A stretch of 64,000 nt of DNA from Octopus vulgaris (taxonomy: Eukaryota), in NCBI GenBank assembly GCA_951406725.2, contig OX597830.1:60512001-60576000 (forward strand), written 5' to 3'. A model generated the notes under the pieces. It did no database searches and was not told where the DNA came from. It saw only the letters and a program-made list of their open reading frames with translations. Shown here in pieces: positions 43,778 through 56,799 of this stretch. The number at the start of each line of letters is the position of its first letter. Positions within the stretch are counted from its first letter, which is position 1. A program made the position numbers and the translations under genes.

Positions 43778-43975
43778 AGGGAAGGTTTACGAAAATAAAC
43801 AAAAGACGAAGGCTGGTGGAGTACAAACAAACAAATGTATTAGTATAGCGCTCAGGAATAGAAATAGAAAAAGTCTTTTACGTTTCGAGCCTACGCTCTT
43901 CGACAGAAAGATACACAGAAAAGAAACAAGGAGAGAAAAAATGCGTGTAGGAGCTAACGATCTATCATGGCGTCC
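43778..43975 (-). mobile_element. Family H copy 3
   Basis: CTGTCGA core; motif at 43875-43910; flanked by TA-rich repeats. Confidence 0.82.
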
Positions 43976-44169
43976 ATATATGTACATACATATATACAAA
44001 TATATATACTTATAACACACTTATACATACATGTACATATATATATATATATATATTACATATATCTATCTATACATATGTGTGTATATGTCTTTATATA
44101 TATCTATCTATACATATGTGTGTATATATATATATAGATATATATGCGTGTGCGTGTGTATGTATGTGT

Positions 44170-44485
44170 TGTATCCTCCATCTCTAAATGTCGTGGTACT
44201 GCCACGATATTGTGACGGATGGTTTAGATACACTGTATCAGTGATGTAACAGTAAACAAGATAAAGATGCAGCCGTAATAACAACTTGATGATCCAACCA
44301 TATTCCAAACGAACGAACCAACCGACTTCACTGCGAACTCAACTCGAACTAACACACAAACTTCACTCCGACCACTACTATCTATAATCGCTCGGTCCAG
44401 TCAATTTCTCGCAGGTATATAACCTCTTGGTTAAAAAAATGGATTGCCTACCCATACAGCGAACCGACTACAATGATGGGGTACA
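44170..44485. mobile_element. Possible solo LTR
   Basis: TG...CA ends with short inverted termini (tgtatcctccatc / gatggggtaca); no clean TSD. Confidence 0.38.
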
Positions 44486-45212
44486 ATATTGCTAAACTGC
44501 AATTTTAAGGTAGTCCAGGTAGGTGGGTAATTGGAGTGGAGGATTACAACTTGACATAAAAGCAAACTTTTACCGTTTCTTTCATTTTGTGGCTATCTTA
44601 TCTTCTGCTCTTGGATTCTAAAAAGCATAACAGTTCGAAATGTTTCCGTCTACCAAATCCACTCACAAGGCATTGGTCGGCCCGGGGCTATAGCAGAAGA
44701 CACTTGCCCAAGATGCCACGCAGTGGGACTGAACCCGGAACTATGTGGTTGGTTAGCAACTTGATGTAACGGTCCACGAATTCCAGAGAGGCTACACTTC
44801 CTGCTGGTGCTTGTATCATCGTTCAGTTTACGGGTAAACTCATGGATAACTTGTTTTATGAGACAGAGTTTCTGTTCTTTATCGCCAATTCTAAGTTCTT
44901 TAAGGAGAGTGCCATATATTTATGGAAAGTTACAGTTCTTTGTTGAAATATGTTAGTCCTGCCATAATAGGATCAGATGAAAACGAGAAGTCGTTATGGA
45001 GTTAACTAGAAATCTGTAGGGTGTCCTACTCTTTACTTTTCAGTGATTGTATATTTTTTGGAGCTGTTCTTTGGAAATGGTTGAATGGAACCATTAGACA
45101 CTCGAAGGCTGTCTGTACTAATCTTAATTTTCTTTCCCACCTCTTTTCTTTTGAGATAAGCCCTGTCTGTATCACTATTTCTATGTCAGGATCATGAAGA
45201 TTTTAATATATA

Positions 45213-45430
45213 CGAGGGATTGCTGAAGAGTTCCTGGATTTAAGGGTATTACGAAAGGCTTGGTTGGGGACCCAACTTTCCGAGTTCTTTTACAGAGTTT
45301 AGAAAAACTGAAGGATCGCTGCAACAAGTATGTGAATTTGAGAGGGGAATATATTGAATGAAATCGTATTTAACTGTTCCTCCTGTATTTTCTTTTGCCC
45401 AAAGCCAGGAACCTTTTAGCACCCACCTCG
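45213..45430 (+). mobile_element. Mariner-derived MITE with TA TSD
   Basis: Imperfect TIRs cgagggattgctgaagagttcctggattt / aaagccaggaaccttttagcacccacctcg with TA on both sides; internal LEKLKDRCNKYVNLRGEYIE* resembles a mariner C-terminus. Confidence 0.85.
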
Positions 45431-46102
45431 TATACGTATCGGATTTCCTATACAACCAATAAAATATTTCGAATGTTTGTACCGGTAATGGTACTGCAAC
45501 CGTATTTTGGAATGCTGCCTTGGTGTAAGATAAAAGCTCTAACGGTCATGCTCATAAAGCCTCGTAAAATATCCTTTGATAACACTGTCTTTGTTGACAT
45601 TACCTTTGTAAGATATACTTTCGTCAATACATCAGTATTTGTAGCAATCATTTCATTGAATAGTCGTGATATGGAGATGAATGATGATTCTGGGTCTAAG
45701 AAACATTTCTTTTGATAAAACTCCACCTCTACATCGACTAGAAACGTTATTACTGGATCTAACAATTTCTCAACAGTCCTCCAAATAATAATGGTGATGT
45801 TGCTGTTGTAAAACCGCCAATAGAGCCAATGGATTTTTGGAAAGGAAATTACACTATACTGTCGCTTTGGGATGTGTGTGTGTGTGTCTGTGTGTGTGGT
45901 TTATTTTTATCTAAACTTATGTGTCTATATGCCTATTTACATAGTTATGCATCTGTCCACTTCAATAATGTTTGAATTCATCTTTCAGTTATAAGTACAC
46001 CTTATAGAAACAGGTGTTATATGTAGGTCAACGGAAATACAGACATTCTATAGACTAATAGATAGAAATATAAATAACATGTCAAACATATAAGCAGATA
46101 AA

Positions 46103-46156
<54 letters not shown>

Positions 46157-46158
<2 letters not shown>

Positions 46159-46273
46159 TAAAAACGGTAAGATAACAAAAGAAAGAAAGAGACCTCAATA
46201 TTATGTAAATAGAGGAAATTTATCTGTAAAATAATATGTGAGAATTATTCGGTCACATATTATTTTACAGATA
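46157..46273. mobile_element. Short insert in (TA)n ending in a perfect 21-bp hairpin
   Basis: Stem 46221-46241 / 46253-46273, 11-nt loop. Confidence 0.7.
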
Positions 46274-46304
46274 TATATATATATATATAATTTTAAACTC
46301 AACC

Positions 46305-46379
<75 letters not shown>

Positions 46380-46381
<2 letters not shown>

Positions 46382-47095
46382 TAAAGTTTAAAATTAAAGT
46401 ATAGATATGAGACTTTAAAATGTACCCAACCCTTGTTTTGGGTATTTCCTAGTAGTGTGCTTTGAGAGCAATATTTACCGCATACGGTTCCCAGGCGCCA
46501 TCCACGATATTGCACGTCAGTCGCTAGATCTACGTAAGAAATTCTTCGGTACACATTTAGTATATATGAGAACATTTTATAAACAAACTTTGTAAGTGCC
46601 GACTCTGTTAATATTTTACAGACAATGAAGTAAGTTTCGAATGCAATATGGCTGAGAAAACAGCCGAGAAAGATTAGGTATTTACCCTTAGAAGTTACCA
46701 GGAGGCGTCTACGGAGAATCGAACTCCGTATATATTGATATATAGATATATAGCTTGTGTATAAGTGTGAACATTATATTCGTATGGGTATCCATAAATG
46801 TTTATAATTATGTACTTAGAGCTGTACCATACTTAAGACGGTAAAGGGAGTTGCATCCCTAAACTAGAAATCATCTATGGTTAAATCGTTTAAAAACAAT
46901 CTTCTTCGTACATTTCCCTCGCTTTCAGCCCGTGCCAATGTGGTAGATAATGAAGTTCTTAGAGCCATTTGGCGTCTATTTCCAGCCCTTACTATAATTA
47001 TATTTATATAATTATATATTTTGTATTAATTGTTGCCCATATAGTTTATTACATGCTGGCTAGTTGATAGATATTATCCTTTATTATAAAGATAT
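46380..47095 (+). mobile_element. Putative PLE terminal segment with a degenerate hammerhead
   Basis: ccata-CTTAAGA-cggt..aggga..tccct..acta-GAAA-tca-TC-tatgg at 46827-46880; bounded by (TA)n; distal end homologous to the 17730 leader. Confidence 0.6.
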
Positions 47096-47262
47096 ATATA
47101 TATTTAAAATATTTGAGTAATCTTTATGGAATAGGGGTTTCAAGAAACAAATTGTTGAACTCTCTCCTTCACCAAAAGGTTATCGCATAAGAACGGTCAA
47201 TGAATTCGTGATTATACTGGCGGTTCTCCGGCATGGCCACAGCTGTATGTATGTATATGTAT

Positions 47263-47430
47263 AGGCGCAGACTTGGCTCTATGGTAAGAAGGTTGCTTCC
47301 CAACCAAATGGTTCCGGGTTCAGTCCCACTTCGTGGCACCTTGGGCAGGTAGGTCTTTTGTACTTTAGACTCGGGCCGACCAAAGCCCTTGTGAGTGGAT
47401 TTGGAAGACGGAAACTGAAAGAAGCCCGTC

Positions 47431-47468
<38 letters not shown>

Positions 47469-47638
47469 GAAATTTACAGAAAAGACAAAGGCAGGCATAT
47501 AAACAACAAGCAGGTGTATTAGTTTGACGCTCGGGAAGGTGAGAAAGCCTTCTACGTTTCGAACCTACGCTCTTCAACAGAAAGGAGCACGAGGAAATAA
47601 GCAGAGAATAAAAAAGACCTATGGAGTTAACGGTCAAT

Positions 47639-47723
<85 letters not shown>

Positions 47724-47900
47724 CTGTGTTTATCCCACCACCATTACATGACAGCCGATGTTAGTATGTTTTCGTAACTTAGCGGTTCGATAAAGAGTAG
47801 TAGGCTTTTAAAGAATAAGTGCAGAGACTAAAATCTCTTAAGGTGATTCCCTAGCATGGCCGTAGTCCAATGACTGAAACAAATAAACGAATAAAAGAAT
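47263..47900 (+). mobile_element. SINE A split by family H copy 4 (47465-47642, minus strand)
   Basis: 5' half 47263-47430, 3' half 47720-47900; hammerhead-like motif at 47548-47585 with CTGTTGA core. Confidence 0.85.
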
Positions 47901-47902
47901 AT

Positions 47903-47942
<40 letters not shown>

Positions 47943-48688
47943 TTCACACCTGCCTGTTTGATCCTCCTATATGAAAGTATATCAATATAATTACTTATAT
48001 GTATGTTATATGTGCGTGTATGTATGTATATATATATATATATATATTGTTTTGCTTCTATGTTTGACATTTTATCAACATCTTTATTAGTCTATATGTC
48101 TGTATGTCTGTAATTCCGTCGAGCTATATATAACACCTATTCCTGTAAAGTTTATTTGAGAAGTGAAAGATGAATTTAAACTTTTGGCGAGAAATCTTAC
48201 ACATCAATTAACATTGAAAAATATGAAGTAATCATTAAGAATTTAAGAAATTAAAAATTAGAAGATAAAATAATTATTATTACAACAATTAAGAAATGGG
48301 TTGGGAATAATATTTTTAATATTGGATATTAAAGGATTGTGGGGTGGAGATGACTGGAGGTACAAGGAATGCAATTATTGTAATAATATATATGGAAATG
48401 AACATAAAACTAAAAATGAAAATAGTACGAAATACATAAAAGCAATATAATAAAAATTTTGAGTAATAATGAAAAATAATAAAATATTGATTAAAACTAA
48501 AGAAAAATAGTAAAAAATGATTTTAAAATGTAATGAAAAATATAATGGATTGTAAAAATTAAAATATACAGAAAGATATATAATAAAAGAAATAGACGAA
48601 ATATAATAAAGATATATAGAGATATAATAACAAAATGGCAAACGACTGATAAATATATAGGTATATATGATATATATGTGATATGGCT

Positions 48689-48743
<55 letters not shown>

Positions 48744-49154
48744 TGTGTGTGTGTTTTAAACAATTGATAGGGAAGACAGAGTGTACTGTAAGTTTTATTT
48801 AACACGACGATAATGGAATCGAATGCACCCCATATTGCAGAAGAGCTCTCATCAGGTTACATAATACGTTACAATGTTATAATATATACATTTCCATGCG
48901 AACCACTGGTAAGAAATTATTCTAATTTTTTAATCCCATAATTTACAGACGAGAAGGTTACTCGGAATTAAAATCATTCACTGCTGTCTTGCGGCAAGCC
49001 TTTAATTGGGCAAAAACTGGGAGGACACTCTGATATAAAACCTGCGACTGAAAATACACCCAGTGATGTCGACCTGCTCTTCTTTTTGGATTATGCTTTG
49101 TGGTTTAACGAGTGGGAATGGATTCTGTGCAAAACATTCATGTGTGTGTGTGTG

Positions 49155-49225
<71 letters not shown>

Positions 49226-49648
49226 GCATACATATATATATATATATATAATACCCAAATAGGACAAGGTGATACAAAAAAGAGACAATCTGGAACTCGA
49301 CTGAGGAAAGAAAACTCCGAATGACCCGTCCTTGCTTTCTTTGTATCGTCTGTCTGGATGTTTTGTTGTCCCCTTTTTTGTATCACCTGTCTGGATGTTT
49401 TGCGTTCTTGTCCCATTTTTGTATTTTTTATATATAAAAATATAGCGGCGTACGTACACTTTGGTCTCTTATATATATAGATATAGATATACATATATAC
49501 ATGAAACATTCATTCACACATACATATACATCTATTGTACATTTGTATTTATGTATGTACTCACACACACTTACATACATGTATGCATATATACAAATAC
49601 ACATATAGATATATAATTAGATAGATGGATAGATAGAAATAAATAGGT

Positions 49649-49739
<91 letters not shown>

Positions 49740-49852
49740 CAGATGGCAGAAGAGAAAAGACAGAAAGTGAAGGAAAAACTTGAAATACAAATGATTTTAA
49801 AAAGACAAAATCCTCAAATGAACGCAAGCTCGTTCTATCGGTAATCATTTTG

Positions 49853-49928
49853 GCAACCAGGTATCATGATAATTTCGACACCTCCCGACGATATTGTTTA
49901 CTTTGGTTATCTCATCAGCCTACGCTGC
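49853..49928 (-). ncRNA. Type I hammerhead ribozyme motif (fully canonical)
   Basis: gcagc-g-tagg-CTGATGA-gata...tgtc-GAAA-tta-tca-tga-TA-cctg-gttgc: all three stems pair and stem I extends past a 1-nt bulge. Confidence 0.82.
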
Positions 49929-50389
49929 TGGACTATAGACAGGTGGACATTAAAGACAAATAATGACAGAAATAGACTGAGACTAAACATTAATTGAAAA
50001 ATTAAGTGTATGGACCGAACGGTAAATAAAAACGAGCTGAGAAGGGAAAACAATACAAAGCAAACACCTTTCGACCGGACGACAAAATTAAGGTAAGGTG
50101 AGCTAAGTAACACAAATAAGAACGATTGTGTCTTTCGGTCTTGAGAAAAAATACAAGAATAAAAGAAGCCTGAGGTAAAAAAAAAATCACCTAACAAATC
50201 AGAAACAGGAAGAGGTGGAACTTGTAACGTCTTTATAGGATGGGAAAGAAACAAAGGTAAACGCGTAATTCGAGAGAGAGGGAGAAAGAGGGAGAGAGAG
50301 AGAAAGAGAGAGAGGGAAGGGAAGTGAGAAAAGACTATCGAAGAAGATGAAAACAGGTAAGGAAACAGAGGAATGAAAAGGATAAATGA

Positions 50390-50680
50390 GCAGGTGGGTT
50401 TCAAAGGTCCACAGCTCTTCAATATCCTCCCGAAGGACCTGAGAGACCTGCATGGGGTGGATGCAGATGTCTTTAAAGTAGGACTGGATCTCTTCCTGTC
50501 AGGTGTCCCAGATGAACCAACTTCACGGCAGGAGGTGCAGATGAGGGCGGCTGCATCAAACACTCCCATGCACCAAATGGCAATTGCTAAAAAGCATTCG
50601 TGAAGTAAAAAATCATGTAGCAACACCGAATGGTGGTGCCCCAGCATGGCCACAACTCGTGAGCTGAAACTAGATAAGCA
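50390..50680 (+). mobile_element. 3' end of a CR1-like LINE followed by (GAA)n
   Basis: GFKGPQLFNILPKDLRDL...VFKVGLDLFLSGVPDEP matches the invertebrate CR1-group C-terminus; the 3' UTR tail is similar to the SINE A tail. Confidence 0.8.
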
Positions 50681-51232
50681 GAAGAAGAAGAAGAAGAAGA
50701 AGAAGAAGAAGAAGAAGAAGAAGAAGAAGAAGAAGAAGAAGAAGAAGAAGAAGGTAGATGGTAGCGAAGATCAAAAGAAGGATAGAAGGATACAACCAGC
50801 ATTTGTTTACGTTCTTGTAACTTAACGGTTCAGCAAAATGTACCGACAAGAGTTAATACCAGACTTTAAAAATAAGTCCTGGGTCGATTTGATCAACTAA
50901 GCCTCAGCATAGCCACAGTCCATAGTGTGAAAGAGTGTAAAATAGGTAGTTTACCGGGCCACGTTGTGTTCCTGCAAACTGACTGACTTAATTATAGGCT
51001 TCATCAGTTGAAATTAACCTGACATTAGCCCGAGCTCTTCCAGGTCGAATTTACTTGCCGCGAAAAGCCCTGAAATATTCTTTCTGGCCGATGATGCTAA
51101 GGTGTCTACTTTTGATTGAGCTTAATAAGTTTAAAGGAACTTTAAATCTTACACTAAAATATCTGTATATAGATTTCCATAATTTTATACCGTTGACCTT
51201 CTTTTATTCAGTTAAATATATATATGCATGTA

Positions 51233-51337
<105 letters not shown>

Positions 51338-51386
51338 TATACATATATATATATATATACTATATATGTATATACATATACATATA

Positions 51387-51427
<41 letters not shown>

Positions 51428-51429
51428 CA

Positions 51430-51625
51430 GACGCCATGATAGATCGTTAGCCACAACACACATTTTTTTCTCTCCTTGTTTCTCTCCTTGTTTTTTCTGT
51501 GTCCCTTTCTGTAGAAGAGCGTAGGCTCGAAACGTAAAAGCCTTTTTCTATTCTTGAAAGTTATACTAATACTTCTGTTTGTTTTGTACACCACCTGTCT
51601 TCGTCTTTTGTTTTTTTCGTAAACT
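51430..51625 (+). mobile_element. Family H copy 5
   Basis: CTGTAGA core; motif at 51505-51540; begins directly after (TA)n. Confidence 0.82.
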
Positions 51626-51694
51626 CTCTCTCTCTCTCTCTCTCTCTCTAAATATATATATATATATATATAGTACACATATATATCTTATATA

Positions 51695-51758
<64 letters not shown>

Positions 51759-52076
51759 TATATATATATATATATATATATATATTCGGTATGATGAAAA
51801 GAAAAAATATTCATATATGTATTGGTGTTTATTTGTACGTATGTATATGTATGCATGTGCATGCATTTGTTGCCCACACGCATGTACATATGTGTATGCA
51901 GAATAATAATGAAATAACTCTATATTAACTGTATGATATATGAATATATTGACTGTCATTTTAAAATTAATAAGCTTACATCTTTCATAAATATCTGTTT
52001 ATACTATATTATAGTGTATTCAATATTTGAATTTCTTATACTATGTATTGTGAATAGAAGAATACACAGAATCTAA

Positions 52077-52154
<78 letters not shown>

Positions 52155-52294
52155 ATATTATATGTGTACTCATGGATATGGATGTATATGTATGCTTCAG
52201 TATATATAATTAATTGTCTATATGCTTGTATGTATGTATGTATAATTATGTCTATCTATGTATTTATATACCCGTATATGTGTATATGTATGTT

Positions 52295-52339
<45 letters not shown>

Positions 52340-52343
<4 letters not shown>

Positions 52344-52895
52344 TTGTGCGTGTGTTTTGTTTCATATTTATATTTATATTTTATGATTGTACTTTATAAT
52401 CTCTCACGAGGCCTAGGGATATATATATATATATATATAACTACCTCATTTTCAACTGCCTACCACCTCAATACACTTGATTAATATAGGCACAATGAGT
52501 TGCTATTATCCATACGCTGAAACAGCTGTAAGTGATGTTAATAATTTATATTCATGTTTTTTCATATAATTACTTGTATTCTTATCTTATATGCATTGAA
52601 TGATATACTGTATATATCTATATTATTATGGTTGTCGTTTTGATAAATAAATAAGTCAACATTTTAATATCCTTAAGTTAATGAACCAACTAATGTGCTT
52701 CTCCATTTTCTTATTTGCAATATAAATTAATGGTAAAATATTGCAATGAAAACACTGGTGTATTAATAATTGAGTATTATACCAATACATTGGATACACT
52801 GGTGTATTAATAATTAGGTATTATACCAATATATTGGATAAGTATTATCCCTTAGTGGGTTGGATCCACAACCCCTAACTTACTTGGTATTATAT
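52340..52895 (+). mobile_element. Putative solo pLTR with a degenerate hammerhead
   Basis: ct-CTCACGA-ggcctagggata...tatccatacgct-GAAA-cagctg-TA-ag at 52401-52532; internal 44-bp tandem duplication near 52752-52840; (TA)n on both sides. Confidence 0.58.
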
Positions 52896-53038
52896 ATATA
52901 TATAGGAGAGTATTGTAGTTCACTTGAAGCATTGTGTATTATTTGTAAAGAATAAAATGTTTTGAATTGTACAACAATGCACTATAATACAGACAATGGG
53001 CTGAGTATACCTGTTGTAATTTAGTCATCCATAGTCTG

Positions 53039-53075
53039 ATATGATATTTCGGAATAAAATTCCTTCTTCAGATAT
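53039..53075 (-). ncRNA. Minimal type I hammerhead in the PLE 3' repeat
   Basis: atat-CTGAAGA-a-ggaat-ttt-attcc-GAAA-ta-TC-atat. Confidence 0.78.
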
Positions 53076-54683
53076 TCTTAGATATTCTTTCTAGCGGATT
53101 TTATTTATTTATTTTTTTTTTCTGGAAGTGTCTCAGCTTTTTTTTTTCTGGAAGCTCCTTCCAGAATTCCTCATGGTAAGTGCGTGAGGTCAGCCATGTC
53201 TCAATCTCGCGTCTGCTGGTACATCCGCAACGCTGCTTCTAAGTTAGGTATTATACGTGCAGTTTCCTTTCTTCCTTCTTCTTTTCTCTTCTCTTCTTTT
53301 TTTTATAAGCTACAGATGAGAATATTATCAAAAAGGAACCTATACGCATCCAAATGTATCTAAATAATATATTGATTACCAACCTCCAGCCTGTTGTTAA
53401 TTTGGGATCCTAGTCTGTGTATGAGTATAGCTTCCTTAATTCTTAAGTTACCCAAATTTCTTTCATTGGCCTCACTTGTGACTGTTATGTTTTCGTCGGT
53501 GTTCCGGCATCTGTCAAGATGTTTTCTGAAGGAGGAAACTTTCGTGTTCAGATGTTCTTTGATGCGGACATGTAACGGTCTTGTTTTGCTACCCATGTAG
53601 AACTTGTTGCATTTGTTACATTGTATTCTATACACAACATTTACCCGTTGGCATAAATCTGTGTCACGGATGGGACAATTTGTTTGTGTACATTGATTGT
53701 TGTCCCTTGTTCATTTCTTAGCGAGGTGTCCTTTCAGAGAGAGGCCGGAGTGGGCTGGTTGTATGTTTAGCCTTTCGCTTCTTATGGCTCTTCGGGTGGA
53801 TGTAGTTATCCTCTTGCTAAAATGGAGTATTTTAAGGAAGCATGTGTTGCTGGGTTTTCTATGTGTTCGATGTGTTGGTCGTATAGGGTACTTAAGCCGA
53901 TTTACAATGGATCTAGGGTACCCGTTGGTTTTCAATATATCTAGGAAGCGTGTAGTGTGGGTTACTTTGTCCTCGGTTCTGCTGCACTTACCCTGGATGC
54001 ATGCGAGTTCATTTCTGGCGTATCCTATTTTGGCACCGGGTGGAAGTGCTGAATTGTTTTGGACAAACACATCTCTACTGGCTGCTTTCCTGTACAACTC
54101 GCTGTGGATCTCCCCTTCTTCCATTATATTCAGTTTAAAGTCAAGTAGGGATAGCGATCCAGTGATGTCGGGATGTTCTGTAGTGAACTTTATATTCATG
54201 TCCATGCTATTGAACGTCATGAATATTCTGTCAGCCTCTTCACGGGAGGATGTGAATATGAGGATGTCATCTACGTACCTGGTGAAGAAGGCGCATGAGC
54301 GGCAGATGTTGAGTGCTCGACGTTCCAGATGGTTCATATAAGTGATGGCCCGAAAGACTGGATCCCATGGGGAGACCTGTTGTCTGTTTATATGTGTGGT
54401 CCTGGAGAGAGAAGTAGGTGTTGTCCACGATGATGGACAAAAGTTGATGCATATCAGCTGTGGTAAGTCGAAGCAGTGGATGTCGGACGCTATTATGCAG
54501 TCCGTCAGTAGGTTGACCGCCGAGTGTGCTAGCACCGTTGTGTACATTAAGTCAACGTCAAGACTAAAGGTATATCTGCTTTGCATGAGTTGATCTAGGG
54601 GCAATTGGCGCTTCCAAAACATATATAAAAATAAAAAATAAAATCCGTTAGAAAACCGATTACAGCAGCGACTCCATCTAAGA

Positions 54684-54720
54684 ATATCTGAAGAAGGAAT
54701 TTTATTCCGAAATATCATAT
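54684..54720 (+). ncRNA. Minimal type I hammerhead in the inverted PLE repeat
   Basis: Same 37-nt motif as 53039-53075, on the opposite strand. Confidence 0.78.
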
Positions 54721-54823
54721 CAGACTATGGGTGACTAAATTACAACAGTTCTTATAGTTCAATGTTTGTATTATAGAGCATTGTTGCACCATTCAAAATT
54801 TTTTATTTTATATATATATATAT

Positions 54824-54865
<42 letters not shown>

Positions 54866-54886
54866 ATATATGTATATAAAATTAAA

Positions 54887-55133
54887 ATAAATGCGCCCTT
54901 TTTAAAGCCTAGCCAGGGTCATGGGCCCGGTTTCCGTGGCGTATGTGTTCCCCAGCTGGATGGGACGCCAGTCCATCGCAGCGTAACTCATTTTTGCCAG
55001 CTGAATGAACTGGAGCAACGTGAAATGAAGTGTTTTGCTCAAGAAAACAACGCGTCGCCCGGTCCAGGAATCGAAACCACAATCTTACGATCATGATGCT
55101 GACACCCTAACCACTAAGCCACGCACCTCCACA
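54887..55133 (-). mobile_element. SINE group B (V-domain-like)
   Basis: Minus strand gtggaggtgcgtggcttagtggttagg...ggtttcgattcc...ctgcgatggactggcgtcccatccag. Confidence 0.85.
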
Positions 55134-55251
55134 TATATTTATATATAGCCAACTTCATTATTTTATAATTTTCACGTTACCATTTTACTGAATCAGCCAT
55201 TGATTCTTTTACTGTCAGGTAGGACTTGGCTTAACCATCAGTGATGGTGTA

Positions 55252-55303
55252 GTACTACCGATGAACTTTAATTCCAAGCGAAATTGGTTTGCCAATATAG
55301 TAC
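55252..55303 (+). ncRNA. Type I hammerhead motif with U4C core change
   Basis: gtacta-CCGATGA-actt-taattcc-aagc-GAAA-ttgg-tttg-ccaa-TA-tagtac; perfect 6-bp stem I and closed stem III. Confidence 0.72.
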
Positions 55304-56094
55304 GCTCGCTCGCTGTGTGGCGGTGTTCTCCTCTGTCAGTACGTAGACCTGTGCTTTTGTGGTTATAAAGGTCTTTGATTCTAGTAGTATAGGTGCTACC
55401 TTGCACCCTCAGTCACGAATAGTGGCGATTATATTTTTCATCTTTTGATTTATCTTGTGTCTAGCCACCTTCATTATTTTACGGACATATATAAATGTAA
55501 GATTCAGGGATCGAGATGTAGGAAGAACGTTAGCTTCAAGCAATCCGTAGTAAATATACTTTCAATGACCACTAGTGGTTTATTGAGACAGAAAGTTGTG
55601 GATCTTTTCGTATCGAAGTATGATAAACTGAAAAAAGTTCCTTTTTATATTTCACGGTGGGCGACCAGGGTTGGCAGGTATACGAATAAGAATACAAGAT
55701 CGGGTTATATATGTTTCATACCGAGCAGAATCTCAGAAGTGGTAAATATCCAACAGATATGTACACTGCAGGTTACTCTTCAGGCCAAGGATATTTTGGT
55801 TAAATGAAAGTTTACATTGTCACAAGGAGGTACATGTTAACATATGGAAGATTCAATCAGAATATATATGTGTGTGTATATTTGTGTGTGTTTGTGTGTG
55901 CGTGTATGTGTGTGTATGTGCGTGCGTGTGTGTATGTGTTTGTGTGTGAATGTGTGTATGTGAGTCTTTGTGTACTTATTTACATAAATATATAGACATG
56001 TATATATATACACGCACACACACACACATATATATACATACATATATATACATATATATACATACATATATACATACATATATATATATATATG

Positions 56095-56150
<56 letters not shown>

Positions 56151-56231
56151 GTTTGAAAACAGGGAGATCTAATGGAGTATATTCTGAGTATTCCAATGGA
56201 TCATAATGTAATCCTTGTATTGTCCTTTGTA

Positions 56232-56334
56232 CACCCTGATGATTTTCCATCCAAGATATTTAAAATGCAAAATTATATATTCATATATGTTTTGTAGCTT
56301 TAATTTTGTTTGTGAAGTGAGACAATTGTAGGTG
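56232..56334 (+). ncRNA. Degenerate type I hammerhead with extended stem II
   Basis: cacc-CTGATGA-(long imperfect hairpin)-GAGA-caattg-TA-ggtg. Confidence 0.62.
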
Positions 56335-56544
56335 AATATGTTTTCAAACTTAAATAATTTTTGGTATTTTACGATGTAAAAGGTTTAACTATTCTCATTA
56401 TGACTATATATATATATATATATATCCCATATATATACTTATATACGCACATATACATACATGTATATATATACTACATATATTTATATATACATATTTA
56501 TTTATTTATATATTACATGTATGTGTACGTGTATATATATATAT

Positions 56545-56593
<49 letters not shown>

Positions 56594-56799
56594 CATACTT
56601 ATACATACGTTATCTGCTACGTGGTGCTCCAACATGGCCGCAGTAAAATGACTGAAACAAGCAAAAGAATAAAAGAATATCAATCAGGTCTAACCCCACA
56701 GCGTTATATGCATCTACATATCGTACTGTGGGGTCTTATTTATCGTATATTTATATATCTATCTATAAATATACGAAGTATCTGATAAAAGTCAATATT

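Larger units (their letters stand above)
52952..54808 (-). mobile_element. 5'-truncated Penelope-like retroelement (RT + GIY-YIG) with inverted terminal repeats
   Basis: RT motifs YKQTTGLPMGSSLSG, FTRYVDDILIF, LSLLDF, LYRK; GIY-YIG VVYRIQCNKCNKFYMGSKTRPLHVRIKEH...RIKEAILI...INNR; frameshifted. Inverted repeats at 52952-53131 and 54610-54808. Confidence 0.93.

Noticed and set aside
48800-48862. Minus-strand CTGATGA candidate
   Set aside because: No GAAA in the right place (GATT instead) and weak stem I.
49295-49335. Hammerhead-like CTGAGGA...GAATgacccGTC
   Set aside because: GAAA is altered and stems I and II pair poorly; possibly a decayed copy but not supportable.
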